A stretch of DNA of 64,000 nucleotides from Naegleria gruberi (Eukaryota). The translations under genes and the position numbers were made by a program. The stretch is from assembly GCA_000004985.1 (NCBI GenBank), contig GG738872.1; one strand, given 5' to 3'. How positions within the stretch are numbered: position 1 is the first letter of the stretch; each line of letters opens with the position of its first letter. The notes beneath the pieces are model-generated. The model had not been told where the DNA came from. It made no database searches and worked only from the letters and a program-made list of their open reading frames with translations. Of this stretch, positions 1 to 12,200 are shown piece by piece.

Positions 1-1
1 G

Positions 2-547
2 TTGACACTTTTCAATTGTAGAAAGGGCCTTCAATTCTGTTATGTATTCTCATACTACATGTTTGACCCTACTGCTTGTGCAGATAAGAAGATTTTAGAA
101 GGTTGTAAAGAGATGATTAATGAAAAGATTAGACAAAGTGCCAGAAACGTGACTGAAGATAATATTGAAATGCTTGAAAATGCTACTGAAAAACTTTCTA
201 ATTTATTGGAAAAGCCAGTCAAGGACTTCTTTAATGAGAATGTTAAACAAGATGTTATGGGATGTACAGTATTGTGTGATAGTAGACTTCAATCTGTATT
301 CAATGTAGTAAGGGAGGATCTTATGATTTCTGGCGAGTTTGGCTGTCCAAGACCAAAATCAACTGTTACAACAAGAGCTACAGCTATTAAATCAGGTCAA
401 TCAATGCTCTCACGTATGATGGAAGAAGCAGAGATTTTAAAAAACAAAAAGCAAGAACTTGAAAAGCAAAAACAATTAGCTGGTACCATTGGTACAGACT
501 TGGATGATATCGAGTTACAAAAGGCAATTTTAGAGTCCATGAAATAA
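2..547 (+). CDS. 3' fragment of a gene (5' end outside window); protein ends in a ubiquitin-interacting-motif-like sequence (DLDDIELQKAILESMK)
   Basis: Open frame runs from the window edge to a TAA at 545-547. The C-terminal acidic run followed by LxxAIxxS matches the UIM consensus. No other domain recognised. Confidence 0.4.
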   Translation: MTLFNCRKGLQFCYVFSYYMFDPTACADKKILEGCKEMINEKIRQSARNVTEDNIEMLENATEKLSNLLEKPVKDFFNENVKQDVMGCTVLCDSRLQSVFNVVREDLMISGEFGCPRPKSTVTTRATAIKSGQSMLSRMMEEAEILKNKKQELEKQKQLAGTIGTDLDDIELQKAILESMK

Positions 548-549
548 AT

Positions 550-1729
550 CTACATGGTTGTGTATTTATTCATTTGTGGTGATTGATAGGATGATGAAGG
601 GAATTGAGATTTTTGATTTACCAACATGTCTAATGATTGTTCAAAACTTCTATCTGTTAATAATAGGACTTCCTTAATATCCTTATCTGAAAAGTGCATT
701 TCTGATAATTGTCTATACTTGTCACAAAAGTCAAATACTTTCAATTGATCCCCTCTGTATGCCTCTGTTGCAAATCTTGCTAATTCACTCGAAAATCCTG
801 GATATTTGTAAACTTCCAAAACATTATAGTAGCACTCTACTTCTTCATCTGTCGAGAAACCAAGTAATGGGTTTGGATCCATTGTTGGAATAGCTGTGTA
901 AGTTGGTTGTGCTTGATAGGAGTCAACCCCAGCCACTGGTGGCGCATAGGAAGAGTGTCTATAATTATTAGTTGAATTGTAATTATTGTTTGGTGATACA
1001 TTGGTATTAATACCATTGATAATACTATTAGTATTACTATTATTATTATATGGAGATATTGTTCTGCCAGTATTATTTACATTTTCAATAGAAGAAGAGA
1101 ATGGAATATTTACAAGTTGATTAATTGATTGTGTAAGACTTGGTGGTGGATTGGTAGTGTTAATTATTATTGATCATGAAATTATTTTGTGGAATAACTT
1201 CCTTGTTAATCTTACTATTAGTGTTATTATTGCTGCTACTTGTAGTCAATGAATCATTATTTCCTTTTGTTGAATTTAATTCTTCCAACAGGGCAATAAA
1301 CTTTGCCTTCCTAGTTTTTTCCTCTTCTTCCTCTCTCTTCATCAATTCTTCAGTTCGTTTAATGTATTCCTTCTCAAAGTCTGGTCTGAAATTGTACTCG
1401 ACCACCAATTCAACACTTCGTCTATTATTTAATGATGATGGTACAGTATTATTAACTTCCTCTTTCCGATCAGAATTTCCATCCATCACCACAGGAGAAA
1501 TCAAACTCAACGATAATCGATTCGTAGCTGTTGATAATATCCCACTATATTGTTGTGTTTGATTATTATTATTAATAATTGATTGCCCACCTCCGGCATT
1601 GCTCGTCATCGACGGAGGTAAACTCTTCCTATTTGTCCTGCTCACAACGTTCACCAATTCAAAATCATCTTCAACGCTTTTTTCCTCATAGCGGAAAGGT
1701 CTGGCTGGAGCATTGTATTGTTGTTGCAT
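550..1729 (-). CDS. Asn/Ser-rich hypothetical protein with a C-terminal helical UBA/CUE-like region. Two ORF segments (1160-1729 and 550-about 1150) are joined by an unresolved short intron or frameshift.
   Basis: ATG at 1727-1729 (MQQQYNAPARP...). ORF 1160-1780 and ORF 550-936 are in different frames but the downstream frame stays open upstream of 936. C-terminal part (GFSTDEEVECYYNVLEVY...DKDIKEVLLLTDRSFEQSLDMLV) has a UBA/CUE-like helix pattern. Exact junction not determined. Confidence 0.35.
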
Positions 1730-1809
1730 TTTTTGTTTTGTGAAAAGGAAAAAGTAAAGATAAGAATAGAATAAAAACACGTGTTCTATTTGGGTTCTAA
1801 ACTGGTAAA

Positions 1810-4800
1810 CTAAGGTTCTAACAAATCGATTTCATCATTTTCAGAGACCTCTTCGTCTTCATCATCAGTATTGTCTTCTTCCTGTTGAGTAGATTGTTCT
1901 TCAATACTAGCCCACAAATCATCATCGAGAAATTCAATTTGTGAATCGGAGGAACATTTTCGTTTCTTTTTTGGTTGTTGTTCTACTGGAGTGGAGGATG
2001 TTGAGCTATCTTCTTTAACTTTTACATGGCATACTTCGATGGAACATCCAGCTTTCGTGAGTAGATCAATCCAAATAATTTGTTTTTCACTGAGTTTGTC
2101 TCCTGGTCCTTTGATTTCACTGAGGAGATGTTCGTGTTTTCCATCTTGCTGAATTTTCCATAATATTAAATCAGGCATTCCACTTCTATTTTCCTTAATG
2201 TCTTCTGCTAGAGTTTGGAGAATTGTTGTGGTGACCTTGATTGGAAAACATTCGGCAATAGCTAGGAGAGCTTCCAATTTTTCATTTTCCTTATTTTCGG
2301 TTTGGCTACTCGAATCATCATCATCTTGGATTTCCATTGTCATTTCCTCATCTCCATCTTCCTCTGTTGGTTCAGTAAAGGCTCTCCAATTACAACAAAC
2401 AGCATTAACGCCATAATTTTCATTCCAACATGTCTTGATTTGCTCTTTCAAATATTGAGCACCTTTTTCTTCAATTTCTTCCAGTCGTTTCTTGAACTTG
2501 TCTCTCCTACGTATGTAGAATGCATCAGTCATGAAATCAAGAGGGCACGATTGGTACTTGTTCTGGAATACATATGGTATTGATGAGTCAAAAACAATAT
2601 TCCACATTACTAGCATAAACATCATGGCCCACAAAGATCCTTCAGAGTGTGCTCCTTGCATACAATTCTTCATTTCATAATGTTCCATAGCAAAATCTTC
2701 CACACTCACAATTGTTTCGTTGTCCTTATGTGAAATAAAGTGGTGTTTCTTTTCTCTATATTTTCTATTTTCTAACTTTTTTGTTTTCCCTTGAATGTAT
2801 ACTAATTTGGGTGGTTTAACATTGGTGGAGATGAATTTATCAATTACTGAGCTTTCTTTGGATAGGGAAGAATATAGTTTCGAATTGATCTTTTCCAACT
2901 TTTTACAAATTCTAAAGTAGCGTTTTTCAAGAGCATACAACTTGTTAGGCGGCAAACTAATACTCCTAGCAAATACAGAACCAGTCTCATTGAAAATTCC
3001 AGCCTTACAAGATTGAAGAGCATTCTTATAGGACTCTTCAGTTTTCAAATGTTCATAATCGAGTGCTAGTCTATTATAGAACTCTCCTCTTTTACCTATC
3101 ATGAATGGTGACTCTATTATTTGCTTGGTATATTGTATGGCCAATTCATAATTCTTATTTCTCTCTAACACCTTAACACAGAACCACAAGAGTCTTCCAT
3201 AAATGTATCCACATCTAAATCTTAATAAATAATAATCCATCGTGAAATCTGAATTGGATTCCTCGTACATTTTCTTCAAAATTGAGGTATCTTGCTCCAA
3301 TCTTGATGCGATATCTTTTGCAAAATTATTGAATTTTTCAACAATTCCATCTACATTACTCTTTTGAATCATATCCAATCTCATTTCTATGGTTGAAAGA
3401 AGTGCATCTTGTGAGTTTTGTGCATCTTGGCCATTCTGTTTGTTAGGAGTTGGATCAGGAACGTCAATCGAATCCATCCATGTATTGGCGATATCAAATG
3501 CTTCTTCGTATTTGATAAAATCCTCTCGAGAACTGAACAAGCTCTTTTGTTCTTGAATTTCATATTTTGGGAAGATTGCAATCTTCTTTTGTTCTAAAAT
3601 CATAATGGTTGCGTTATCAGCTGATTGTGAAAGAAAATAGAGGTGATGAATACGTTTGAAAATAGTTTTCCCATATGATCCTAATCTATAGTACATTGAT
3701 TCAATTTCCTTGCTAGAAGTTGATGCTTTTGCAATAAGTTTCAGGATGTCAGATGGTCTCATTATTGTTGGATCTGAATCTTTGGCACTATCATCTAGTG
3801 GTTTTGATTCGGTCGGCTCCTTCTTTTTGAGAAAGGTAAGCTTCTTTTGTTGTTTCCCATCGCTTCCAACAGAGTTCAATGACTCTGGTTTGGTAATTAT
3901 TGTTTTGATAAGGTCTTGTTTTGGAGAATCTGTTGTCTTTTTGGATTTTTCTTTTTTTACAATATTACTGAGATTCTTCTTGTCTATAATTGCTTTCAAT
4001 TGCTTGTTTGTAAATTCAGATAGCAAGCTTTTCAAATCGTCAATATTCCACTCAGTTGATGATTGTTCCCTATCCACAATAGATAAGCTGTCAACCAGCT
4101 GTACACTACCAAGATGTGAGAGTGCCTCTTTCACACTCTTGCAACATATCACTTGATTTTTCTTTCTCTCCTCGCTATCCTCTTCATTAATATCTATGGT
4201 TTTTTCCAACTCTTTCTTATATTTATCCAACTCGGTTTTTGTGAAATATTTCTGTTTTCTATTAAACATTCTAATATACAATCGTTGAGATGCTGTACAA
4301 AGATTTTTAAAATTACTGATATACTGCTTTTCTTCATCGATAAATAGATGGCCATCTCTCTTCATGACAGTATCCAAAATTTCCAAAAAGTGAAACAAGT
4401 AATAGCTTCTCACTCCATCAAATGAATCCTCTTCATTCAATCCCTGTGAGTCTAAGTTACCAAATCGTTGCTGACTATCCTGCTTGACCAAATCTGTAAG
4501 AGGTGAATTATCAAGAATGGTCACAACATGTGAATCGTGATCTTTTCCACCATCAATATCAATAATTGCTGATGAGAATAATTTACCACCATCGGAAGAG
4601 GAAGGAGTTCTGTTGACCATTTCACCAACAAGATTGTCATCATCATCGAGAATAATCAGGGCATCCTCTGCAGTATTTCCCTGTGAATCTACCTCCGAAA
4701 TACTTCTCTTCTTCGGAGTCACAGAAGAAGAATTATTATTACCTTTCGAAGGCTGGAAGAAGGAAAGAATTGAAGCTGATTTAACTCCAGGAGAAATTGA

Positions 4801-4971
4801 TTTCTTTTTTGATGACAGACTACTACTTGTACCAGGTGTTGATGATGAAGATTTCTTGCTACTTGCACTTCCACCACTTTGGCTTTTACTTGACGAAGGT
4901 GTCTTTGGTGATGGTGTGATGGAGTTTGCACCCTTCTTGTGTTTGCTGGAAGTGGGTGTTTTTGGAGGCAT
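1810..4971 (-). CDS. FAN1: FAN1-like structure-specific nuclease (1053 aa) with C-terminal VRR-NUC domain
   Basis: Single long ORF. C-terminal region (GMPDLILWK...EIKGPGDKLSEKQIIWIDLLTKAG) matches the VRR-NUC/FAN1 catalytic motif pattern (GxPDLxxW...E-hK-GP-D-L-S-x-Q-WhxxL). N-terminus is low-complexity Ser/Thr/Lys-rich; no UBZ zinc finger is recognisable in it (the one expected FAN1 domain I did not find). Confidence 0.7.
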   Translation of the reverse strand: MPPKTPTSSKHKKGANSITPSPKTPSSSKSQSGGSASSKKSSSSTPGTSSSLSSKKKSISPGVKSASILSFFQPSKGNNNSSSVTPKKRSISEVDSQGNTAEDALIILDDDDNLVGEMVNRTPSSSDGGKLFSSAIIDIDGGKDHDSHVVTILDNSPLTDLVKQDSQQRFGNLDSQGLNEEDSFDGVRSYYLFHFLEILDTVMKRDGHLFIDEEKQYISNFKNLCTASQRLYIRMFNRKQKYFTKTELDKYKKELEKTIDINEEDSEERKKNQVICCKSVKEALSHLGSVQLVDSLSIVDREQSSTEWNIDDLKSLLSEFTNKQLKAIIDKKNLSNIVKKEKSKKTTDSPKQDLIKTIITKPESLNSVGSDGKQQKKLTFLKKKEPTESKPLDDSAKDSDPTIMRPSDILKLIAKASTSSKEIESMYYRLGSYGKTIFKRIHHLYFLSQSADNATIMILEQKKIAIFPKYEIQEQKSLFSSREDFIKYEEAFDIANTWMDSIDVPDPTPNKQNGQDAQNSQDALLSTIEMRLDMIQKSNVDGIVEKFNNFAKDIASRLEQDTSILKKMYEESNSDFTMDYYLLRFRCGYIYGRLLWFCVKVLERNKNYELAIQYTKQIIESPFMIGKRGEFYNRLALDYEHLKTEESYKNALQSCKAGIFNETGSVFARSISLPPNKLYALEKRYFRICKKLEKINSKLYSSLSKESSVIDKFISTNVKPPKLVYIQGKTKKLENRKYREKKHHFISHKDNETIVSVEDFAMEHYEMKNCMQGAHSEGSLWAMMFMLVMWNIVFDSSIPYVFQNKYQSCPLDFMTDAFYIRRRDKFKKRLEEIEEKGAQYLKEQIKTCWNENYGVNAVCCNWRAFTEPTEEDGDEEMTMEIQDDDDSSSQTENKENEKLEALLAIAECFPIKVTTTILQTLAEDIKENRSGMPDLILWKIQQDGKHEHLLSEIKGPGDKLSEKQIIWIDLLTKAGCSIEVCHVKVKEDSSTSSTPVEQQPKKKRKCSSDSQIEFLDDDLWASIEEQSTQQEEDNTDDEDEEVSENDEIDLLEP

Positions 4972-5214
4972 TTTTTTGGCGGTATTTTATGAATATGCTC
5001 TAAAGTTGAAATTCTTTATGTTGAAAAGATTACAATGAACAAGTATTTCATTTTGAAAATTACTCAATTTAACCAAATGGTTCCCTCATGCCTCTAATAG
5101 GAACTGGCTTTATATTGAATATGTTCTTAGATTTCATACACTGTTGAGATTGTTTTATCAATTTGTTTTTTCGCGCCAAAAATGAACGTTTAAAAAATTA
5201 ACAACATAAAAAAA

Positions 5215-6414
5215 ATGCCTCACAATGAAAGCATAATGTTCTCACCACCTCCACCAATGAGAGACTCACTCTTAACTGGTGGTCTGAGTTTAATAACCGA
5301 TCATCATGGATCATCACTCCTTGGTGATAATAGTCGCATGATGGACCAATCCGAAATGACATCAGAATTAATTATTGGCAATGATTTTGAAAATAACAAG
5401 AAGTTAACCTTCCTCCACTTACACGACACGGCACAAAACAAATTGGAAGATGAAGAAAGTGAAGGCTCCGTGATGAAAAGCCAACTCAAAAAGCTCTTGT
5501 TTTTGTACCAAGAATTGTGTACTAAAAAGATGAGCATGGAAAGATTAGAACATTTGGATGAGAGTGGAAATGTGGTGGATCGTTTTAAGGGATCGATGAA
5601 TTTTGATGAGAGCCACATTCAACAGGAAAAGAAGGAATACAAGCAAAAGAAGAAGGAAACCAACATGTTATCGGAAGAGTTGGAAACCAAGACTAAGATT
5701 TTACATGAAAAGTTTGCTCATCTCAAGAGTTTGAAACAAAGATATGAGGAAATGTTTGAAAAGTTGGAGAATCCAGACCTTTTAGAAGATAGCACATCAC
5801 TAATTGATATTATGACAGATAATACACCTGCAGTTGAAGAACAACAAATAGTAGATAACCATTCTCAAGATGCTGATAGTCAAGACAATCAAGGAGGTAT
5901 GACTGTCGTCGATGAAGAAGATGAAATTGGGAAAGAGCCAAAAACACTTGATGAATATCTGGGAGATACCAGAAAACGTCTCTCATTCTCTGATGTTGGA
6001 GCAGAAGAAGATATTGAAGAAGAAGAGGACGAGGACGAAGAAGAAAGAATTATTCCAGTTCAACCTCCAAAGCCAATTGAAAACTTGACCATCCTGTCTG
6101 CTGTGAATGAATTCAAATTCCTCAAATGGTGTAACAATATTGAAATTATAGACTGTAGAGAATTCCATTCGAAACAAGTAGTAGAAGTTGAATTGAAGAT
6201 ACCTCTTTCAGCAGATCAAGTTACCAAACTGGATGTAGTCCTCTCATTCAACAAACATTACAAAGAACCTGCTTTAATTTCAGTAACATGTGCTCAACCA
6301 ATTTCATCGCAGAGAATTGACTTTTCTGACATTATTCAGCGAGCCATTTACCTTAACGACGTACCTTATTTATTCTCTGCAATCTCTAGTAGAGTTCGCA
6401 GCTCGAAGAAATAA
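5215..6414 (+). CDS. hypothetical acidic coiled-coil protein (399 aa)
   Basis: Uninterrupted ORF. Central heptad-like K/E-rich region, poly-acidic stretch (EEEDEDEEE), structured C-terminal region. No family recognised. Confidence 0.5.
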   Translation: MPHNESIMFSPPPPMRDSLLTGGLSLITDHHGSSLLGDNSRMMDQSEMTSELIIGNDFENNKKLTFLHLHDTAQNKLEDEESEGSVMKSQLKKLLFLYQELCTKKMSMERLEHLDESGNVVDRFKGSMNFDESHIQQEKKEYKQKKKETNMLSEELETKTKILHEKFAHLKSLKQRYEEMFEKLENPDLLEDSTSLIDIMTDNTPAVEEQQIVDNHSQDADSQDNQGGMTVVDEEDEIGKEPKTLDEYLGDTRKRLSFSDVGAEEDIEEEEDEDEEERIIPVQPPKPIENLTILSAVNEFKFLKWCNNIEIIDCREFHSKQVVEVELKIPLSADQVTKLDVVLSFNKHYKEPALISVTCAQPISSQRIDFSDIIQRAIYLNDVPYLFSAISSRVRSSKK

Positions 6415-6595
6415 TCTCTTGTAAATATAACCAAATAAACCTAGGACTTATTTATTAATGTTATAATATTGAATTATTTGAAGGATTACAATTTCCTTGT
6501 TTTACCTTCTTTTTAAAAGTTACCGTTACACAATTTTGATTGTTATTTAAAATTTTAATGTGATCAAATAGCAATTAAATCAAAAAAAAGGCAGA

Positions 6596-7615
6596 ATGAC
6601 ACAAGTGATATCCGCTCTCGAGATTCACTCCCAACTCCACGCCAAGAAAGTTGGTGACACCATCACTGTCAATTCACAATCCTATCCTATTCGCCTTCGC
6701 TCATCAAACAAATGCAAATTTGTTCATGTGGAAAACATTTGTTTTATTGAACAAAATGAAAAATCCAACTCAAAATATGGAGAGAGAGCTCGCGATGGTG
6801 AAAAGATCACATGGATTGTTACTGGTTCAAAATGGGGATTAATTTGTGACGATTCAGTGGAAGAAACATGTAGTGTTTTGAATGAAGATGGAGAGTTGAC
6901 TTGTGGTACTTTTGTCAAGTTGGATAAGAAGACTCTAGTTGATATTCATGGCGCCCTCCATGATTCCTCTCAAAAATCCATTACAATTCAAGGAAAAACA
7001 TTCAAGAAAACATGCAAGAATAAGTGTAATTTATTTGAAATTAATTCCAGTCAATTCATTGAACAAAACAAGACAAAGAACAGTGATTATGCAAAGAAAG
7101 CAAAGAAGGGTGATAAGATTACTTGGGTTATGGTTTCAAATGTGAGTGGATTCAATGCTCATAAATCATGGGGACTCATCATGAATGGAGAAATAGAGAA
7201 GGATTGTCTCCTCTTCCAAGAAGAGGATGATGATAATGAACAAGCTCAAGTTGTGGAACCAACAGAAGAAGAGGATAAACAACAAGAATCCAATAAGGAA
7301 AACAGCACTCCAAAAATTCTCTATGAATCTGTTTCAGCTATTTCATCAGAAAAGAAAAATGAAAAGCTCAGATATGCCACCCCAGTCAAGAAACTCCAAC
7401 ACAAAAGAAGTCTTGATAAGAGCTCTCCTTCTCTCTTCTCTTCTCCTGCCTCAAGTGAGAAATTGATTCCATCTACACCTCCTTCAATAGTGAAATGTTC
7501 ACCTCTAGAACAAGTTTTGGAAATTCCAGTACGTTCGAGAACGACTCGTAGAAAGAAAAACAAGAAAGACTCCTCTCCGTTGTCTAAGAACTTTGCCCCT
7601 GTTGTAAATCAATAA
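6596..7615 (+). CDS. hypothetical protein with an internal tandem duplication of a ~110-aa module and a Ser/Pro/Lys-rich tail
   Basis: ORF of 339 aa. The two modules share the pattern C-x-F-x-x-N-x-x-F-I-E-Q-N-x-x-K-N-S-x-Y-x-x-x-A-x-x-G-x-K-I-T-W-x-x-x-S. The tail has basic NLS-like runs (RTTRRKKNKK). Confidence 0.5.
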   Translation: MTQVISALEIHSQLHAKKVGDTITVNSQSYPIRLRSSNKCKFVHVENICFIEQNEKSNSKYGERARDGEKITWIVTGSKWGLICDDSVEETCSVLNEDGELTCGTFVKLDKKTLVDIHGALHDSSQKSITIQGKTFKKTCKNKCNLFEINSSQFIEQNKTKNSDYAKKAKKGDKITWVMVSNVSGFNAHKSWGLIMNGEIEKDCLLFQEEDDDNEQAQVVEPTEEEDKQQESNKENSTPKILYESVSAISSEKKNEKLRYATPVKKLQHKRSLDKSSPSLFSSPASSEKLIPSTPPSIVKCSPLEQVLEIPVRSRTTRRKKNKKDSSPLSKNFAPVVNQ

Positions 7616-7658
7616 TAAGCACGTTTGGAACTTGTTTAAATAAATTTATAACTTATAT

Positions 7659-8934
7659 CTAAAAGTAAGGTGCAACAACAGTTTTCTTTGGTTTTTGAAT
7701 TGCATGACTGAAATGAACAGATGTCAAATTAGGTTCCCCTGCCTGAACTTTGAAATAATAATAAGCAAGTGCACCAATAATAAAAATGTAACAGCACCCA
7801 GACACAACAAGACCAAAGCCAACTGTAGTGACAACTATCACTACAATGGTTGTAGGTGTATCAATACTAGTGTTTGTTTTTCCTTGAGATTCAGATAATA
7901 TTTCCATTGTCTCCCAATTCAAAGAGTGTATGAAAATCTTGTCTTTGGATTTGATAACTTTCAATCTCTTATTTGATGAAACCCAATTAAGCTCCTTCTT
8001 AAGTTGAATCTCTTCATTATTCAAGTCAAGTTTCTTCACTTGATTGTCAAGGGTGGTAATGAACAAGTTGTTCCGGGAACATTGCATGGAAGACACCGAA
8101 TTTCCAATTTCATAAACAGTACTCCTTCCACCTTCCTTATTAATTGCTGTCAATACCCAACTCGCCTCCATTCTTGCTGTCTTTGCCAAGAGGTACAGGT
8201 TTCCAGAGCAAAATTTCATTTTCATGTCATCAGCTCTCTCAGTCCAAGAATAGAAGATACTTGAGCCACCAGTCTCTGCTTCCACTTTCTTAATAATATT
8301 ATTATCTTTTTTATAATCAAAGAGGTCGATAAGATTTCAAGCAATAACTTACCTCGATCAGCCATGTAAATATCATTTGTCTTTGAATCAACAGTAATTG
8401 ATGAAATATGATTCATATTCAAGTCCATTCTCACAATATTAGAAATATTTCTTGTTGTCATGTCCAGCACTTTAATATTGTTACCAGATTCTATCCATAT
8501 TAAATTTCCTTTCCACATGTTCAATTCTCTAATGTTCCCAACTGCTTCAAGGTTGTTTGGGCAATTAGCATCATCTCCCTTACCCACCTTTGAATAATAA
8601 ATAAGGACAGCAAATATTTGCTATTACATACCATTAATGTGCTGATCATTCCATTCGTTAACTCCACTTTCCTTATTGTATTATTCTCAACAAAGAATAG
8701 GACATTATTCTCTTCATCAAAATAAGAATTGTAAGCCTCTATTGTTAATTCATAACTGTTCTCCTCTCCATCACCACTGCCAACAACAGTACACTGTTCA
8801 TGTGCTGCTTTCGAGATGTTCCAATTTGATTTGGAGCTCACAATAACCGCTATGACTATCAAGCTGACTAACAAAATTATATAACCAGCAACCAATTTTC
8901 TATTTCCTATACACAAATTGTTCTTCCTCATCAT
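7659..8934 (-). CDS. 3-exon membrane protein with YWTD/NHL-like beta-propeller repeats (exons 8934-8632, 8587-8353, 8287-7659; about 388 aa)
   Basis: Two GT-AG introns reconstructed (GTATGT donor at 8631 and GTAAGT donor at 8352 on the minus strand). Exon lengths keep the frame. N-terminal hydrophobic signal/anchor, C-terminal TM segment (TTIVVIVVTTVGFGLVVSGCCYIFIIGALAYYYF). Repeat-like NDIYMAD and NLYLLA motifs. Confidence 0.55.
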
Positions 8935-9265
8935 GAATGATACGTTCGAACGTCTTTGCTTTCGAGGGTTCCTCTACTACAGTTTTTTATTTGGAATGCT
9001 ATCATTCAAAAGAGTGCGCTCTGGTTTGCAATTACAACCCCACGAAACACCTTAAATATTTTTGGCACCCTTAGATTTGGAAAAATAAAATTCTTTACCA
9101 ACCCTGACAAATGGTTGTAAAGAGCAGCGAATAATAGATGATTTCTTAATTATCTTTACATGGATTGTTATCATCATTATCTTATACAATGGTTGCTTAA
9201 GTATCAATCTTGTAATAATGAACATACATCGAGGAAGATATTCATATTATCACAGCTCCGAAAAA

Positions 9266-12200
9266 ATGCCTGAATTCGAGTGGTAGGTTATCTGATAAAA
9301 GATTTTTTCATTAAATTTATTTATTTTACTCTCCGATTTGAACATATCATCATGTTAACAACAACAATAATGATGATACTAATAATAACATATTTATTTG
9401 GATATAGGAAACCAAAACTTCGTAATTATAAAGCAGAGAATACCGATATTGATACTCTCTACTCGAATGGATTGATCAAGTTGGGATCTGCTCAATCAGC
9501 TGATCATCCACTCTCAAAGAAGAAGACCGTCAATGCCACAAAGGTTGTTGTTGTATCAGAAAATCCTCTCTCCGTAGATCCTTTGAGTGGTGGTGCCAGT
9601 CAATTCCTTGATCCTCTGTCAACAGCTAATAATAATGATAACCAACCTTCCCTCATCATCTCAGGACAACTCAATAGACAAATTGGTTCCAGACAAAAAG
9701 TTGGATATTTAAACTGGGCCTTCAAGAGACAAAAGTACTTAAAGAAGTACACAACAGATAAAAACATTCCGATCATATCGGTATGTAGTCATCACAAAAT
9801 ATTTAAATTTAAATTAATTAATATTTAGAATATTATGGAAGAAGAAGAAGGCAGAGTTATTAAACTCGAGGACAGATTAAAGATGAGATTAGATGAATTG
9901 GATAAGGAAGAAAAAGAACAAGATACACAATATATGGCTCAAAAGGATTATCTTCGCCATTTGGAAAAGTTAAACGATGAATTGAAAGATGCTTGGAACA
10001 TACATAATGATCGTGTTAAATCTTTAAAGATTGTCATTAAATGTTCTAAAATTCTCGGAAAAAGCACTGTTCCTCAATTTTACCCAAGTATGTTTGTATT
10101 GGTCAGTGAAGTTTTGGATACTTTTGGAAAATTGGTTTATAACAGAATTAAGGAGAAGGCTAACCGTACTGATCCTATCACTGGTAAAATTATTTCCAAA
10201 TTACCAAAGGAATTTTCCTTACATGATGTTACTGAAGATGCTAAAGAAGTTTGTAGAAATTGGCATTATAAGGTTGCTTCTATTCGTGAACTTTTAGGTA
10301 GACTTTATTTGGAAATGACAATTTTGTCTAGTTATAGATTTATTTATGATGGAGATGTCAGACTCAAGAAAGATTTTGTTAGAATTGCAAAGGAAATTAG
10401 AGGTATTGGTGATCCACTTATTGCCAACTATGCTCGTTGCTATTTAGCAAGAAAAGGGTTTGAATTGATTCCAGATGAAAAGGAATATTTAATGATCTTG
10501 TTCGATGATTTTGTCTATACACAACAACAAATGGAAGAAGAGCACTTTACCAAATTCCTCAACAAGGTTGGTATCAATAAGGGTCAATACTTTGATCTTT
10601 TAGCTCCTGCTCTCGATTGGATTTTGGAAGTTTTGGGTAAGGATGCTGGAGAACCACTTTTCCACAAAGTTTTAGATAGATATCAAAAAGAAGGAAAATC
10701 AAGTGCCATCTTCTTGAACAGTATCATCAATTCATTTGAAGCTCACTTGGTTGCTCAAGCTGCCTCCATTCTTATTTATGAAATTAAGAATTGTGACGAT
10801 TCTCTCCCTAGACATATTCTTTTCAAATCTTTGGGAGAACAATTTTGCGTTTGTCCACCAGATGACAAGAACAAATTGGAACTCTTGAACGAAATTTGGA
10901 AATTTGTTACAACCATGAAGGAAATTGTTGATTATACATCAGTTGTTGAAGTCTTTATTGAATTTGTCTGTAAATCATTTTCTCTCAAGGAAGTTGGTAT
11001 TTTACTCAGAGACTTGCTTCAACACTTGAAGAATAGTGGTATGACAACATTTGAAATTGTGGAAGCTGACATTCAAAATATTCTCTTGACAATTTTGGAA
11101 AATACTGATGATTTTATCAAGGCATTCAATCTGCAACAATTCTTGCCACTTTTTGACATGCTTTCGAATATTAGAAGAGTTGAAGTCAGTAAGGGAATGT
11201 TGAAGGCATTTGCAAAGAGAAAGAGCACAACAGCAGCTGATCCTGTTGTTATTAGCTCCTTGTTCGATCTTGCACAAACTGTCCAAAACTCTGTAAATGA
11301 ACTCTCACAAGATTTTGAAAAGGAAGAAGTTTGTGAAGCTCTCGTTGGCTTTGTAAATGGCATTGACTTTGGTATGGCATTGGAAAAACAACTCAACTTT
11401 TTCGTTGATTGCAGAAAATCATTCTCAATGTTTGATAGCATTAATGAAGCATTAATCACCAAGACATTGAATATGATTGCTAAAACTTACAAATTTGTGA
11501 AGGCTCAACACTCTACCAAGACAAGTTCCTTTGTCAAGGCATGTATTTCCTTCTGTCACATTACAATTCCTTCCCTCTCTAATCTTTTCAAGAGAACCAA
11601 ACTTTATGTTTTGAGTGGGCAATATGCAGTCATGAACAATTTACTTCCTCAAGCAAATTCATTATTCAAGCTTGCCATTGAAACAATTAACAGTATTCCA
11701 AGAATTGAAACACTCGCTGATAATACAGTTATAGATAATACTGAAGATTTGGTTTCATTGATTTGTTTCATTTCCAGTTGCTTTGTTTCAGTTCCAGGTC
11801 ACCCTGAACAAGGTCCATTCTATCTTATGAGAGGTTTATTGAACTTGATTCAGGAATATGATTGGGGAGTTGGATCAGATGCCAAGATTCGTCTCTTCAT
11901 CTACACCTTATCAACATTAAGTGCCTTAGCTCAAGAAAACCTTCCATACACTTACACAGGTGTGAGCAGTAATGATGAATTGTTCATGGAAGATGACGAT
12001 TACAAACAACAAATTATTGCTATTGGTAACACTATAATTGGAAAGACTGTAGAGGAAATAATGTCGCTAGGTAAAGATGAAGATTTCTCCTCGAAGAGGA
12101 AGCAAGCATTGTGCGCAGCAGAATTGCTCAACTCTATTGTATTTATATCAGCATTTAATAATCAATTGTTAGGACTTGTTGGAGATTTGTACAAATTAGC

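Noticed and set aside
4719-4931. Small antisense ORFs inside FAN1, VPS35L, OFD1-like and other long genes (e.g. 4719-4931, 11002-11462, 29702-30176)
   Set aside because: Embedded opposite-strand or alternate-frame ORFs under 130 aa with no independent support. The host ORFs have strong homology.
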